Numbered from the stretch's first letter, positions 38,490 to 49,069 are shown. The stretch: 64,000 nt of DNA from Fontivita pretiosa (GCF_050410795.1 NZ_CP191258.1:1443118-1507117); one strand, 5' to 3'. Translations and numbers: made by a program. The notes: generated by a model not told the origin, from the letters alone.

Positions 38490-39371
38490 ATGAGCTTCGA
38501 CGCCGACCAAGTCATCGAGACGTTCGGCGCGGCCGGCGACGAGAACAAGCTCAGCCCGCTGCGACGCGGACAAGTCATCTACCTCCCCGAACAGGGCGAG
38601 GTCTGGATGACAGGCGACATTCACGACCATCGAACCAACTTCCGTAAACTCCTTCAGGCCGCCGACCTGGCCAACAACCCCCAGCGACACCTGATCCTGC
38701 ACGAGCTGATCCACGGCGACCACTGGGACGCCTCCGGCGCAGAGGACAGTTGGCACATCCTCTACCAGGCCGCCGAAGCCAAGTGCAGCTTCCCCAATCA
38801 GATCCATTTCCTGCTGGCCAATCACGACCTGGCTCAGATCCACGGCGAAGGCATCATGAAAGGCGGGCTGAGCGTCTGCGAAGCATTCAACGCCGGCGTC
38901 AAACGCGATTTTGGCGAGCGCGGAACCCTGGTCACCGTCGCCATCACCGAGTTCCTGCTGACGCTGCCACTGGCGATTCGCTGCCCCGCCAATGGCCTGT
39001 TCTTCTGCCACAGTCTGCCCACCGACGAGCAGATCAAAACCTTTGACTTCAGCGTCTTCGACCGCGAGAACCTCCGCCCGGAAGACTACCGCCGACGGAC
39101 CGGACCGGTTTACCAGCTCATCTGGGGACGCAAAACCACCCCCGCTGGCGTCGAGGAGTTCCGGCAGAAGGTCGGCGCTGAGCTGATCGTCACTGGACAT
39201 CAGCCCCAGGAAATGGGCTACGCGATCAACGGCGAGCACCATCTGATCATCGCCTCCGACCACAACCAGGGCGTGTTCCTGCCCATCGACCTTGCCCAAC
39301 GCTACGACATGCCTCAGCTTGTGCGGCGACTGAAAAAGTTCGTGGCCATCGGAAATCATCAGTACGAGTGA
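38490..39371 (+). CDS. PPP-family Ser/Thr protein phosphatase / ApaH-like metallophosphoesterase
   Basis: GDIHDH, LANHDL and GH motifs of calcineurin-like phosphoesterases. Confidence 0.8.
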   Translation: MSFDADQVIETFGAAGDENKLSPLRRGQVIYLPEQGEVWMTGDIHDHRTNFRKLLQAADLANNPQRHLILHELIHGDHWDASGAEDSWHILYQAAEAKCSFPNQIHFLLANHDLAQIHGEGIMKGGLSVCEAFNAGVKRDFGERGTLVTVAITEFLLTLPLAIRCPANGLFFCHSLPTDEQIKTFDFSVFDRENLRPEDYRRRTGPVYQLIWGRKTTPAGVEEFRQKVGAELIVTGHQPQEMGYAINGEHHLIIASDHNQGVFLPIDLAQRYDMPQLVRRLKKFVAIGNHQYE

Positions 39372-39476
39372 ATCCCCCGCTGCTTCGGGCGCAATGACGC
39401 GGGGCATGCCCCAGGCCTGGTAGCCCGGAGCATGCCCCGTGTTTGCTCTGTTTCAGCTCGATCCGGCGACGGGCGG

Positions 39477-41642
39477 TTACGGCACGTTGCTCACCACGTC
39501 GTTGGAGTCCTTGGAGATCACATCCGTGCCCGCGCCGCCATCAACCGTATCGATCACGCCGTCGAGCACGCGGATATCGTCGTTGCCCGCCTCGCCGAAG
39601 ATCACGTCCGCCCCCGCGCCGCCGGTGATCGTGTCGTTGCCCGCCCCTCCGAGGATGCGGTTGGCCCCGGAGTTGCCGGTCAGCACGTCGTTGCCCGCCC
39701 CGCCATAGATCCACTCCAGGTCATTGGCCAAGGCGTCATTCTCCCCGGTCTGTCCGTCGTTGGCCACGCCATCGAGCGAGACGTTGACCGCGGCGGTGCG
39801 GTCGGAGTAGTCGATGGTGTCGGTGCCGGCCCCGCCGATCACCGAGTCAGTGCCGGTGCCGGGGGTAATGAAGTCGTTGCCGTCGCCACCATTGAGCGTG
39901 TCGTTCCCGACGCCGCCTTCGAGGATGTCCCCGTTGCCGCCGCCCACCAGCGAATCGTTGCCGCCGCCTCCCTTGAAGAAGTTGCGCTCATTGTTGCCGA
40001 TGAAGATGTCTCCCCCGCCGCCGCCGAACAGGTTCTCCACGTCCGGCATGACGTTGTCTCTTTCACTCTTGGACACGCCATCGTTGGCCACGCCGTCGAG
40101 CGTGACCGTCACCGCGCGGGAGGACTCATAGTAGTAGTCGGCGCGGTCGCGTCCGGCGCCGCCGTTGAACACGTCGGTGCCGCTGCCGCCCAGCAGCGCG
40201 TCGTTGCCGTCTCCACCGTTGAGCAGGTCGTTGCCGATGCCCGCATTGATCCGGTCATCTCCGGCGCCGCCGTTGAGCGTGTCGTTGCCGGCGATCCCGA
40301 GCAGGAAGTCATTGCCCGCCCCGCCGTCCATCGAGTCGTTACCGTCGTGCCCGGTGAGCCGGTCGTTTCCGGCCCCGCCCAGCAGCGTATCGTCGCCCGC
40401 CTCGCCCCAGACGGTGTCGTTGCCGTCGCCGCCGTCCAGACTGTCATTGCCGATTCCACCGAACAGCGCGTCATCCGCCGCGCCGGTGCTGATCGTGTCG
40501 GCGCCATCGCCGCCCTCGACGCGGTCGCGTCCGGTTCCGCCGGTGATCGAGTCGTTCTCCGTGCCGCCGCGGATGATGTTGTTGCCCGAGGCATCGGTGA
40601 TGACATCGGCGCCGGCGTCGCCGTCGATCGTGTCGTTATCCGCCCCGCCGTTGAGGTTGTCGGCGCCTTCGTTGCCGCGGATCACGTCATTGCCGGCTTC
40701 CCCGAGGATCGTGTCGTTGCCAAGCTGCCCGAAGAGGCTGTCGGCGCCGGCCCCGCCGGTGATCGAATCATTGCCGTCACCGCCCTGGACCGAGTCATCC
40801 CCGTCGCCGCCGGTGATCACGTCGTTTTCGCTCGAGCCCAGCAGGATATCGTTGCCGACATCGCCGTTGATCGTGTCGTTGTGGGTTCCGCCGTCGATGC
40901 TGTCGTCGCCGGAGCCGCCGTCGATGCTGTCGGGGTTGTTTCCGCCGGTGATGGTGTCGTTGCCGGCCCCGCCCTGGATGAAGTCATTGCCTTCGCCGCC
41001 GATGATCGAGTCGTTGCCGTCGCCACCGGACGCCCCGCGGAACGCCGCCAGCGCCACGCTCAGGTCGATCGTATCGTTGCCCGACCCGCCGACGATCGTC
41101 TCCACCGTCATCAGGACGTTGTCATTCTCCCCGCTCTCGCCGTCGTTGGCGACGTCGTCCATGAGGATCGTCAGATCGGCGTTGCGCGAGGCGTAGGTGA
41201 CGGTGTCGAGGTTGTCCCCGCCGTCCATGATGTCAGCACCCGCGCCGCCGTCGATCAGGTCGTTGCCGCCATTGCCCAGGATGCTGTCGTCCCCGTTGCC
41301 ACCGTTGATCGTGTCATCGTTGTCCGATCCGGAGATGGTGTCGTTGCCGTCGCCGCCGTTGAACGTGATGTTGCCGGTATCCGGCGCGGCGCTGAGGGTG
41401 TCGTTGCCGCCCAGTCCGTTGATCTCGATCGTCGCGAAGTAGTTCGGATCGGCGGTGTTGAAAATGATGTCAAAGCGCGTCTCCACGCCATCGATGACGA
41501 CCACCGCCTCTTCGGGGCTGACGGTGTGGTCGATACTCAGGCTGATGGTGTTGTCCGTTCCGTCACCATCAATGACCAGAACGTCGCGGGCATCGTCAAT
41601 TGAAGCGGCAAGAAGCCGGCGTTTTTCAAGGGACTCAAACAT
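39477..41642 (-). CDS. RTX/hemolysin-type Ca-binding repeat protein (paralog 1)
   Basis: Dozens of GGxGxDxL/I/V nonapeptide repeats. Start set at MFESLEKRRLLAAS, which has an AAGGAG RBS; the tool start is 62 codons upstream with no RBS. Ends ...DVVSNVP. Confidence 0.8.
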   Translation of the reverse strand: MFESLEKRRLLAASIDDARDVLVIDGDGTDNTISLSIDHTVSPEEAVVVIDGVETRFDIIFNTADPNYFATIEINGLGGNDTLSAAPDTGNITFNGGDGNDTISGSDNDDTINGGNGDDSILGNGGNDLIDGGAGADIMDGGDNLDTVTYASRNADLTILMDDVANDGESGENDNVLMTVETIVGGSGNDTIDLSVALAAFRGASGGDGNDSIIGGEGNDFIQGGAGNDTITGGNNPDSIDGGSGDDSIDGGTHNDTINGDVGNDILLGSSENDVITGGDGDDSVQGGDGNDSITGGAGADSLFGQLGNDTILGEAGNDVIRGNEGADNLNGGADNDTIDGDAGADVITDASGNNIIRGGTENDSITGGTGRDRVEGGDGADTISTGAADDALFGGIGNDSLDGGDGNDTVWGEAGDDTLLGGAGNDRLTGHDGNDSMDGGAGNDFLLGIAGNDTLNGGAGDDRINAGIGNDLLNGGDGNDALLGGSGTDVFNGGAGRDRADYYYESSRAVTVTLDGVANDGVSKSERDNVMPDVENLFGGGGGDIFIGNNERNFFKGGGGNDSLVGGGNGDILEGGVGNDTLNGGDGNDFITPGTGTDSVIGGAGTDTIDYSDRTAAVNVSLDGVANDGQTGENDALANDLEWIYGGAGNDVLTGNSGANRILGGAGNDTITGGAGADVIFGEAGNDDIRVLDGVIDTVDGGAGTDVISKDSNDVVSNVP

Positions 41643-41864
41643 CGTACATCGCTCCTTCTGACAAGAGGGTCCGCGCCACAGCCCTGCGGCGCGCACGCAA
41701 ACACTGTGACCAGCAGACAAACAGGTTATCGGAAAGATCGGACCGGTTTGATGAACCTGTCCGCTTGGAACACCAGGAACCTCAGGAAGCACTTTCGATG
41801 ACCCGGGCCACGCACTCGGTTCGCTCATTGTGCCCCACGAATCGGGGGCGCGACGGGAAAATCA

Positions 41865-41890
41865 ACAAAAAAACTGCCGCTTTTCGGCCC
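41865..41890 (-). terminator. Possible intrinsic terminator between the two RTX genes
   Basis: GCCG-aaaag-CGGC followed by AGUUUUUUUG on the minus transcript; the stem is only 4 bp. Confidence 0.3.
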
Positions 41891-42015
41891 ACCATCCGCC
41901 GGCATGAGCACAGCAGCACATTTATGCCGCCGGCGCCGATCATGCAAAGCTTTTATCGGACCTGCGCCGTCAACACCGCGGCCCGCCCCAGCGATTCCGC
42001 CAAGGCCGCCCTGAA

Positions 42016-45000
42016 CTACGGCACGTTGCTCACCACGTCCAGACCCGAATCCTCCAGCAGATCGTCGGTCCCCGTCCCGCCATCGATCCGGTCTGCCGTG
42101 CCGTCGTTGGCGTGGATCAGGTCATCGCCTTCACCGGCGAACAGGAAATCGCGCCCGAGCCCGCCGTTCAGATAATCATTGCCCGAGCCGGCCCGCAGCG
42201 TGTCGTTGCCCGCCCCGCCGTACAGCTTCGTGCTGCGCGTCCGGTGCCCGCGCAACGCGTCGTTGCCGCTGCCGCCGATCAGGACTTCGATGTCGTTATC
42301 GAGCTTGTCAAACTCCCCCGCGCCGCCGTCGTTGGCCAGTTCATCCAGCGACAGCGACAGGTTATCGCTGCGATCTGAATAATCCGCGGTGTCCGTGTTC
42401 TTGCCGCCGATGAACCGGTCCGGGCCACTGCCGCCGTTCAGCAGGTCGCTGCCGTTCATTCCGTTCAGCGTGTCGGAGCCGGCCCCGCCATACAGCGAGT
42501 CGTGTCCGTCCATGCCGATAAGCAGATCGTTGCCCTGACGACCGTCCAGGATGTTCGCGCGAGCGTTGCCGGTCAAAATGTCGTTGCCACGACCGCCTTC
42601 CAGATGCTCCACCGTTGCATCGATCAGGTCGGCCTCCGCGAACACGCCGTCGTTGGGCAGACCATCGAGCGAGGCGGTCACCGGCCGCGTCTCGTAGTAG
42701 TAGCTGACCCGGTCGGATCCGGCGCCGCCGATCATGGTGTCGGTGCCGCTGGCGCCGATGATCGTGTCGTCGCCCGCGCCGGCGTCGATCGAGTCGTTGT
42801 CCGGCCCGGCATGCAGCCGGTCGGCGCCGCTGCCGGAACTGATCGTATCGGCGCCCGAACCGCCGTAGACGATGTTGTCACCATCTCCGGCCGTCAGCGT
42901 GTCGCTGCCGGCCCCGCCGTCGATGTAGTCCGCCCCCGCCCCGCTGGAGACGCTGTCGTCTCCCTCTGCCGCCGTGATCGTGTCGTTGCCCGCGCCCGTG
43001 GTGATCGTGTCGTTACCGTCGCCGGCCGGGACGCTGTTGTTCCCGTCCCCGGCGCTGATCGCGTCGTCTCCGCTGCCGCCGTTGATCGTGTCGTTGCCCG
43101 CTCCGCTCGAGACCGTGTCCCGGCCGTCACCGGCATCGATGGTGTTGTTGCCCGCGGCGGCGGCAATGGTGTCGTCGCCGGCGCCCGCATCGATCACGTC
43201 GTTGCCCGAGCCGCTGGAGATCGTGTCGTTGCCCTCGGCGCCGATGATCCGGTTGTTGCCGTTGTCGCCGCTGAGCCGGTCGTCGCCGGCCCCGCCATCC
43301 AGCGTGTCATCCCCGCCGCTGCCCACCAGCGTATCGTTGCCCATCCCGCCGATGAACCGCCGAGCCTGGCTGGACGGCCCGGCCTGAATCCGGTCGTTGC
43401 CTGTCCCACCGATGACCGTCTCCACCGAGTCCTCGACGTTGTCGCCTTCTCCCGGCGAGCCGTCGTTGGACAGGTTGTCCATGATCACGGTCACGCCGCC
43501 GGTGCGATCGGAGTAATCGATCAGGTCGTTGCCGTTGCCGCCGTCGAACGTGTCGGCGCCCAGCCCGCCGTTGAGCGTATCGTCGCCGTCGCTGCCAACC
43601 ACCAGGTCGTTGCCATCGCCGCCGTCGATCGAGTCGTTGCCGGCGTTGCCGTTGAGGATGTCCTGCCCGCTGCCGCCGATCAGGGTATCTCCCGAGCTGC
43701 CGCCGGAGAGCGTATCGTGCCCGTCATTGCCCTCGATGCGCACGCGGAAGGTTGCCGCACCCAGATCGATATCGTCGTCGCCGCTGCCCCCGAACACCGT
43801 TTCGACGAACGTGACGTTGTCGTTCTCGCCGGCTTCGCCGTCGTTGGCCACGTCGTCCAGCGTGACATTGACTCCGGTCGTGCGGTCGGAGTAATCGACC
43901 ACATCTCCGCCACTTGGCCCGCCGTTGATGATGTCGGCTCCCGCGCCGCCGTCGAGCGTGTCGCTGCCCGCGTTGCCGTAAAGGGTGTCGTTGCCTCCGC
44001 CCGCGATGATCGAGTCGTTTCCGGCTCCTCCGATCAGCTCGCGCGATACGTTGTCGGTGATGTTGATCAGGGTGTCACTCCCCGAGCCGCCGATCACACG
44101 CTCGATCGTCTCGGTGACAAAGTCCATCTCCCCGGATTGACCGTCGTCATGGATGTCGTTGAAGATGACGGTGATCGCGGCGGTGCGACGGGAATAGTCG
44201 GCGGTATCGAAGCCCGCATCGCCCTGGAGTGTATCGGCCCCGTTGAGCGCGTCGCCGTCGTTAAGCCAGTCGTCTCCCCCTCCGCCGGTGACCAGGTCGT
44301 CTCCGCCATCGCCAGCCAGGCTGTCGTTGCCGACCGTGACCGCGTCGGTGAAATCCTGAAGGTCTCCGTGCAGCGTGTCGTTGCCATCGCCACCGAAGAT
44401 CGTGTCGTTGCCGGCGCCACCTTCTACACTGTCGCTACCCCCACCCGCGTTGATCCAGTCGTTCCCATTTTCGCCGACGATGCCGTCGTCACCGTTGCCG
44501 CCGAGAATCGAATCATCTCCATTGCCGGCTTCGACAGCGTCCGCTCCCCCGCCCGCGTCGATCGTGTCATCGCCTGCGCCGGCGATGATCGAATCTCCTC
44601 CTTCTCCACCCAGGATGCTGTCGTCCTGGTCGCCTGTGGTGATCGTATCGCTGCCGCCGTTGCCGATGACCGTGACGCTGTATCCCAGGGCAGCCACGTC
44701 GATGATGTCGTTACCCTCGCCTCCCTCGAACTGCTCAAACGTTGTAAGGTCCGGGTCGTCGAACTCCCGGACGAGGCGTGTGGGCTCACCATCAATGTCA
44801 ATCATCTCGGTATAACCGGTCCCCTGGAGCGCGGGTTCGTCTTCCCCCGCCCCATCGGCGCCAAACAGCGGATTGGCAGGGATGGGATAGATGATGTCTA
44901 CATTGGGAATCTGCTCGCGTTCGTCGGCATAACTCAACAGGTCGATGCCGGCACCCCCATCCATCGTGTCCTGGCCCACGCCGCCGATGATGGTGTCATC

Positions 45001-45546
45001 GCCGGCATCGCCGCTCAGCACATCGCCATTCATCAACTGCGGATTGGTGTCCGGTTGCTCGCTATTTCCACCCCCATCAAGGCGATCGTTGCCGTCGCCG
45101 CCGGAGATCGTGTCTTGCCCACCGGTCTCATCGTTCAATTCGTCACCCGCGGCCTCTGACGTGTCGTCGCCGCGCAGGTCATCGTTACCCGTTCCGCCGG
45201 TGATCGAATCGTCCCCGGGTCCGCCGTAAACGGTGGTATTGCCATTTCCCGCGGTAACCGTGTCATTCCCGCCGCCGGCAACGATCGTGGCCGGAACAGT
45301 GATGTTCGACGCGATGGTGATGCTGTCGTCGCCACCGGTGCCGTTGATCCGGATCGCGGTGATCTGGTTGGCCGGGTATTGGGCATTAAACCCTTCGGGG
45401 CTGATGGTGACGGTATAGGTGGTAGCGTCGCGGATGATATTGAAGGTGGCGGTGGAGGGTGTGCTGTTGAGCGTCAGCACTCCATTGATGACCGACGCGG
45501 TAAGCAGATACCGGCTTTCAAGCGGATCGATGAAGGACGAGGACAT
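42016..45546 (-). CDS. RTX/hemolysin-type Ca-binding repeat protein (paralog 2, 1176 aa)
   Basis: Repeated GGAGNDT/GGSGND nonapeptides throughout; N-terminal DPLESRYLLTAS and C-terminal LDVVSNVP, both shared with paralog 1. Confidence 0.85.
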   Translation of the reverse strand: MSSSFIDPLESRYLLTASVINGVLTLNSTPSTATFNIIRDATTYTVTISPEGFNAQYPANQITAIRINGTGGDDSITIASNITVPATIVAGGGNDTVTAGNGNTTVYGGPGDDSITGGTGNDDLRGDDTSEAAGDELNDETGGQDTISGGDGNDRLDGGGNSEQPDTNPQLMNGDVLSGDAGDDTIIGGVGQDTMDGGAGIDLLSYADEREQIPNVDIIYPIPANPLFGADGAGEDEPALQGTGYTEMIDIDGEPTRLVREFDDPDLTTFEQFEGGEGNDIIDVAALGYSVTVIGNGGSDTITTGDQDDSILGGEGGDSIIAGAGDDTIDAGGGADAVEAGNGDDSILGGNGDDGIVGENGNDWINAGGGSDSVEGGAGNDTIFGGDGNDTLHGDLQDFTDAVTVGNDSLAGDGGDDLVTGGGGDDWLNDGDALNGADTLQGDAGFDTADYSRRTAAITVIFNDIHDDGQSGEMDFVTETIERVIGGSGSDTLINITDNVSRELIGGAGNDSIIAGGGNDTLYGNAGSDTLDGGAGADIINGGPSGGDVVDYSDRTTGVNVTLDDVANDGEAGENDNVTFVETVFGGSGDDDIDLGAATFRVRIEGNDGHDTLSGGSSGDTLIGGSGQDILNGNAGNDSIDGGDGNDLVVGSDGDDTLNGGLGADTFDGGNGNDLIDYSDRTGGVTVIMDNLSNDGSPGEGDNVEDSVETVIGGTGNDRIQAGPSSQARRFIGGMGNDTLVGSGGDDTLDGGAGDDRLSGDNGNNRIIGAEGNDTISSGSGNDVIDAGAGDDTIAAAAGNNTIDAGDGRDTVSSGAGNDTINGGSGDDAISAGDGNNSVPAGDGNDTITTGAGNDTITAAEGDDSVSSGAGADYIDGGAGSDTLTAGDGDNIVYGGSGADTISSGSGADRLHAGPDNDSIDAGAGDDTIIGASGTDTMIGGAGSDRVSYYYETRPVTASLDGLPNDGVFAEADLIDATVEHLEGGRGNDILTGNARANILDGRQGNDLLIGMDGHDSLYGGAGSDTLNGMNGSDLLNGGSGPDRFIGGKNTDTADYSDRSDNLSLSLDELANDGGAGEFDKLDNDIEVLIGGSGNDALRGHRTRSTKLYGGAGNDTLRAGSGNDYLNGGLGRDFLFAGEGDDLIHANDGTADRIDGGTGTDDLLEDSGLDVVSNVP

Positions 45547-45873
45547 CGTTGCAGTACTCCTGGTGCAGGTGGTGGTCTTGGCCCGGTGCCGGACTGCGCC
45601 GCGGGCGCACGGCCCATCGCTCGGAGGCTGGCCAGGGCGTTGAGCGGCCGGCCGGAACTCCGCCGGTCCAGGCCGGCGCGTCGCAGGCGCGTAACTATCG
45701 GATTCTAACCGAGCCTGTCAACCAACCGCGCCTCGCCTGCCCCTCTCGCGACAAGCCCTGCGGCCAACCCGTCCAGCCGCAGGCGACAGCGCACCGCGCG
45801 CCCGAGCACCTGACCGCTTCCGGTGCTAGAGTCTCCGCCCCGACCGTTCCGATTTCGCTTTTCCGGAAGAATT

Positions 45874-45898
45874 GGGCCGGTTTTGTGCAAAATCCGGC
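45874..45898 (-). terminator. Hairpin downstream of the GNAT gene (GGCCGG-uuuugugcaaaau-CCGGCC)
   Basis: 6-bp GC stem plus internal UUUUG/CAAAA pairing, ~25 nt after the stop on the minus strand. Confidence 0.4.
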
Positions 45899-45918
45899 CA
45901 GCCCCCCAGCCCCGGCCA

Positions 45919-46878
45919 TCACCCCTTCAGGGGCTTTTTCAGCAAGGCGAACCGCCGGATCGTCCTGAAGCCGGCGGCGGTATACAGCCGCCCGGCGGTC
46001 GTGTCGTCGGACCAGAGGAACCACGCCGCCCGGAACCCCGCCAGCCGCTGCGCCTCCAGCGTCCGATACATCAGGATGTGCCCCAGCCCCCGGCCCCGCT
46101 CGCTGCCCGCCACCCCAATCGGGCCAAATCGCTCATTTTCGTAATGCGAATACCCCACAACCCGGCCAGATTGACGCTCGTAAGCGACCATCAGCCGATC
46201 GGCACGATCCCCCAGCGTAATCTGCGTCATGGTCTGTCGGCAGACTCGAACCCAGTCGCCGGCAAACTCGCGGGCGGCAAAATCCAGCAGTGGCAAGGTC
46301 AATTCCGCGCAGTAAGGCTCCACCGCCACCCCCGCCGATTGCAGCGCCGCCTCCCGCTGCCTGACCCACTGCGGAACCTGAAAGTTCCACAGGTCGATCT
46401 GCATCGCGATCGGACGATAGACCTCCTGATATCCGTGCTTGAGCAGGAACCGCAGCCCCGACTCATACGCCGCCACATCCACCCCGCAGATGAAATATCC
46501 CGGGGCATACGGCGAGACCATGACCAGCGTCCGGCCCTGCGAACGCAGGTAGTTCTCAGCCAGCTCCAGCATCGCCGAGCCGATCCCCCGGCGCTGATGC
46601 GCCGGCAGCACGCCCAGGAGCGTGATGTAGCCGCGGTCGGCATCGGGTGGCGCGTTCTCCAGCGGCACCTGCCGCGCGATCGCCAGGCAAAAGCCCACGA
46701 TTTCATCCCCGACCTGGGCCACGATCGCCCCTTCGGCCCGGAAATTCGAATCCAGCAACACCTGCCTGACGAACCGCGATTCAGAGATCGGATCCACCGG
46801 CATCGCCGCGGCCAGGACTCGAACTACACCAGACAGATCAGCCGGCTGAAACGGACGCAACTCTGCCATGACGTTCAT
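45919..46878 (-). CDS. Tandem GNAT N-acetyltransferase domain protein
   Basis: Two acetyl-CoA binding motifs (HQRRGIGSAMLE; ERGRGLGHILM); ATG start chosen because the tool start is GTG. Confidence 0.8.
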   Translation of the reverse strand: MNVMAELRPFQPADLSGVVRVLAAAMPVDPISESRFVRQVLLDSNFRAEGAIVAQVGDEIVGFCLAIARQVPLENAPPDADRGYITLLGVLPAHQRRGIGSAMLELAENYLRSQGRTLVMVSPYAPGYFICGVDVAAYESGLRFLLKHGYQEVYRPIAMQIDLWNFQVPQWVRQREAALQSAGVAVEPYCAELTLPLLDFAAREFAGDWVRVCRQTMTQITLGDRADRLMVAYERQSGRVVGYSHYENERFGPIGVAGSERGRGLGHILMYRTLEAQRLAGFRAAWFLWSDDTTAGRLYTAAGFRTIRRFALLKKPLKG

Positions 46879-47081
46879 CAACAGACACTGTAAGTCGCAC
46901 AGTGCCCCATGACCAGAAGCATGCTGCACATCCTCGCCTTTGTGGAATAGGACGACATGTCACGGGCGTCGCGACCTTACGATGAGCACTCGCGCGAGAT
47001 GCCCGCAATTCGCTACAGAACAGTGTCACCGTCCATTTCGAACATGGAACATGGCTGCCCAGGTTCGGCGCCGCGTCCTGC

Positions 47082-47996
47082 TCACAAACCACCGGCACGC
47101 GACAGAACCTGCTTCTCGGCGTGATAGGAGCTGCGTACCAGCGGGCCGGATTCGACGTGTCGCAGGCCCTTGGCCTCGCCGCGCAGCTTCCAGGCGCGAA
47201 ATTCGTCGGGATGCACCCAGCGCTCGACCGGCAGGTGTTTGGGCGTCGGCTGAAGGTATTGCCCCAGCGTGAGGATCTCGCAACCGATCGACACCAGATC
47301 GTCGATCACCGCATCGATCTCATGATCCATCTCGCCCAGACCAAGCATCATGCCCGTCTTGGTCACCAGCCCCTGATCGCGCGCGATCTGAAGAAGCCTG
47401 AGGCTGCGACGGTACTTGGCCTGCGGGCGCACGCGGGGATACAGCCGCGGCACCGTCTCGACGTTGTGGTTCAGGATTTCGGGCCGCTCATCCAGCACGA
47501 GCTGAAGCGCCGCCCAGTTCCCGCAGAAATCGGGGATCAGCACCTCGACGCTGGTGCCGGGGGACCGAAGACGAATCTGACGAATGGTCTGCGCCCAGAC
47601 CGCCGCCCCGCCGTCGGGAAGCTCGTCGCGATTGACGCTGGTGATCACCACATGCCCCAAGCCCATCAGCGCCACCGCCTCTCCCACGCGGCGTGGCTCG
47701 TCCAGATCCAGCGTCGGAGGTCGTCCGGTGGCGATGTGACAAAATCCGCACGATCGCGTACAAACGTCGCCCAGGATCATCAGCGTGGCCGTGCCGGCGC
47801 TCCAGCACTCGCCCAGGTTCGGGCACTTGGCGCTCTGGCAGACGGTGTGCAGGCGATGATCCTCTACAAGCCGCTTGAGCCGTGCGTATCCCTCGCCGCC
47901 GGGCATCTTCATCTTCAGCCATGCGGGCTTGGGCGCATACGATGATCGGCTGGCGGAAGACTCGGGCAGAATCAGGTGGCTGAGGGGAACACTCAT
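47082..47996 (-). CDS. lipA: Lipoyl synthase
   Basis: CxxxxCxxxxxC auxiliary cluster (CQSAKCPNLGEC) plus the radical-SAM CTRSCGFC motif. Confidence 0.95.
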   Translation of the reverse strand: MSVPLSHLILPESSASRSSYAPKPAWLKMKMPGGEGYARLKRLVEDHRLHTVCQSAKCPNLGECWSAGTATLMILGDVCTRSCGFCHIATGRPPTLDLDEPRRVGEAVALMGLGHVVITSVNRDELPDGGAAVWAQTIRQIRLRSPGTSVEVLIPDFCGNWAALQLVLDERPEILNHNVETVPRLYPRVRPQAKYRRSLRLLQIARDQGLVTKTGMMLGLGEMDHEIDAVIDDLVSIGCEILTLGQYLQPTPKHLPVERWVHPDEFRAWKLRGEAKGLRHVESGPLVRSSYHAEKQVLSRAGGL

Positions 47997-48029
47997 ACGG
48001 GTAGCTGAGGCATTCTAGGATTCACGACC

Positions 48030-49034
48030 ATGGCGAGCAAACCCACCGTGCTGCTGCTGCTGCCGGAACAGATCGCCCGGCAGATGTTCCGACCTGAACA
48101 GTTGAAACGATTATCCGAAATCGCCGAGGTTGTCGGACCCTGCATGCCCGATCAGGGCACGCCGGTGCTCCAGGCCATGAGCAGGGCCGAAGTGATCATC
48201 ACCGGCTGGCGCACGCCGATGTTCACGCCCGAGCGGCTTACCCTGGCGCCGCGACTGAAGCTGATCGCGCACAGCGCCGGCTCGGTCAAGCCGATCGTCT
48301 GTGATGCCGTGTTCGATCGCGGCATTCGCGTGACCACCGCCGCCGCCGGCAACGCCCATCCCGTCGCCCAGGTCACCATCGCCTGGATGATCTCGCTTTT
48401 GAAACAGATGCCATGGATCGCCCAGGCCTATGCCCGCGACGACCGCGAGGAATACCTTCGCCGAAAGGCGCTGTGCCGCGAGCTGATGGACATCAGCGTC
48501 GGAATCGTCGGCGCCTCGCGCGTCGGGCGGGAGGTGCTGCGGCTGCTGCGGCAGTTTCCACGCCTGACCATCCGTCTGTATGACCCGTACCTCACACCCG
48601 AGCAGGCACGGGCGCTGGGCGCCGAGTTGTGTTCGCTGGAGCAGGTTTGTCGCTGCCAGGTCGTCTCGATCCACGCGCCGAATCTGCCCTCGACCCGGCA
48701 CATGTTCAACGCGCAGACCCTTGCGCTGCTGCCGGATCATGCCGTGCTGATCAACACCGCGCGCGGCGCGCTGATCGACGAGGCGGCGCTGGTCGCCGAG
48801 CTGCATCGCCGCCCGCTTTACGTCGCCCTGGACGTGACCGACCCCGAGCCGCCGCTGCCCGACTCGCCGCTGCGCAGCGCCCCGAACCTGGTCCTGACCC
48901 CCCACATCGCAGGCGCCCTCTCTCAGGGGCGATTTGAAATGGGCCAGATCGCCATTGATGAAACCATGCGCTTTCTGCGCGGCCAGCCACTGGAGCATGA
49001 GGTCACGCGCGCGATGTTGCCCACGCAGGCATAG
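48030..49034 (+). CDS. D-isomer-specific 2-hydroxyacid dehydrogenase family, NAD-binding
   Basis: GxGxxG-like Rossmann motif (VGIVGASRVGREV); catalytic Arg/Glu/His pattern (TARGALID...HIAGA). Confidence 0.85.
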   Translation: MASKPTVLLLLPEQIARQMFRPEQLKRLSEIAEVVGPCMPDQGTPVLQAMSRAEVIITGWRTPMFTPERLTLAPRLKLIAHSAGSVKPIVCDAVFDRGIRVTTAAAGNAHPVAQVTIAWMISLLKQMPWIAQAYARDDREEYLRRKALCRELMDISVGIVGASRVGREVLRLLRQFPRLTIRLYDPYLTPEQARALGAELCSLEQVCRCQVVSIHAPNLPSTRHMFNAQTLALLPDHAVLINTARGALIDEAALVAELHRRPLYVALDVTDPEPPLPDSPLRSAPNLVLTPHIAGALSQGRFEMGQIAIDETMRFLRGQPLEHEVTRAMLPTQA

Positions 49035-49069
49035 TGGCAGCAGACCAATGAGCTGTCAGTGCGCATCTT

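Noticed and set aside
39432-45159. Long plus-strand ORFs (723 aa, 885 aa, and 343 aa at 40165..41196) across the RTX genes
   Set aside because: Reverse-complement reading of the GGxGxD repeats gives monotonous V/A/D/R or S/P strings; the minus-strand RTX frames carry the canonical nonapeptides.
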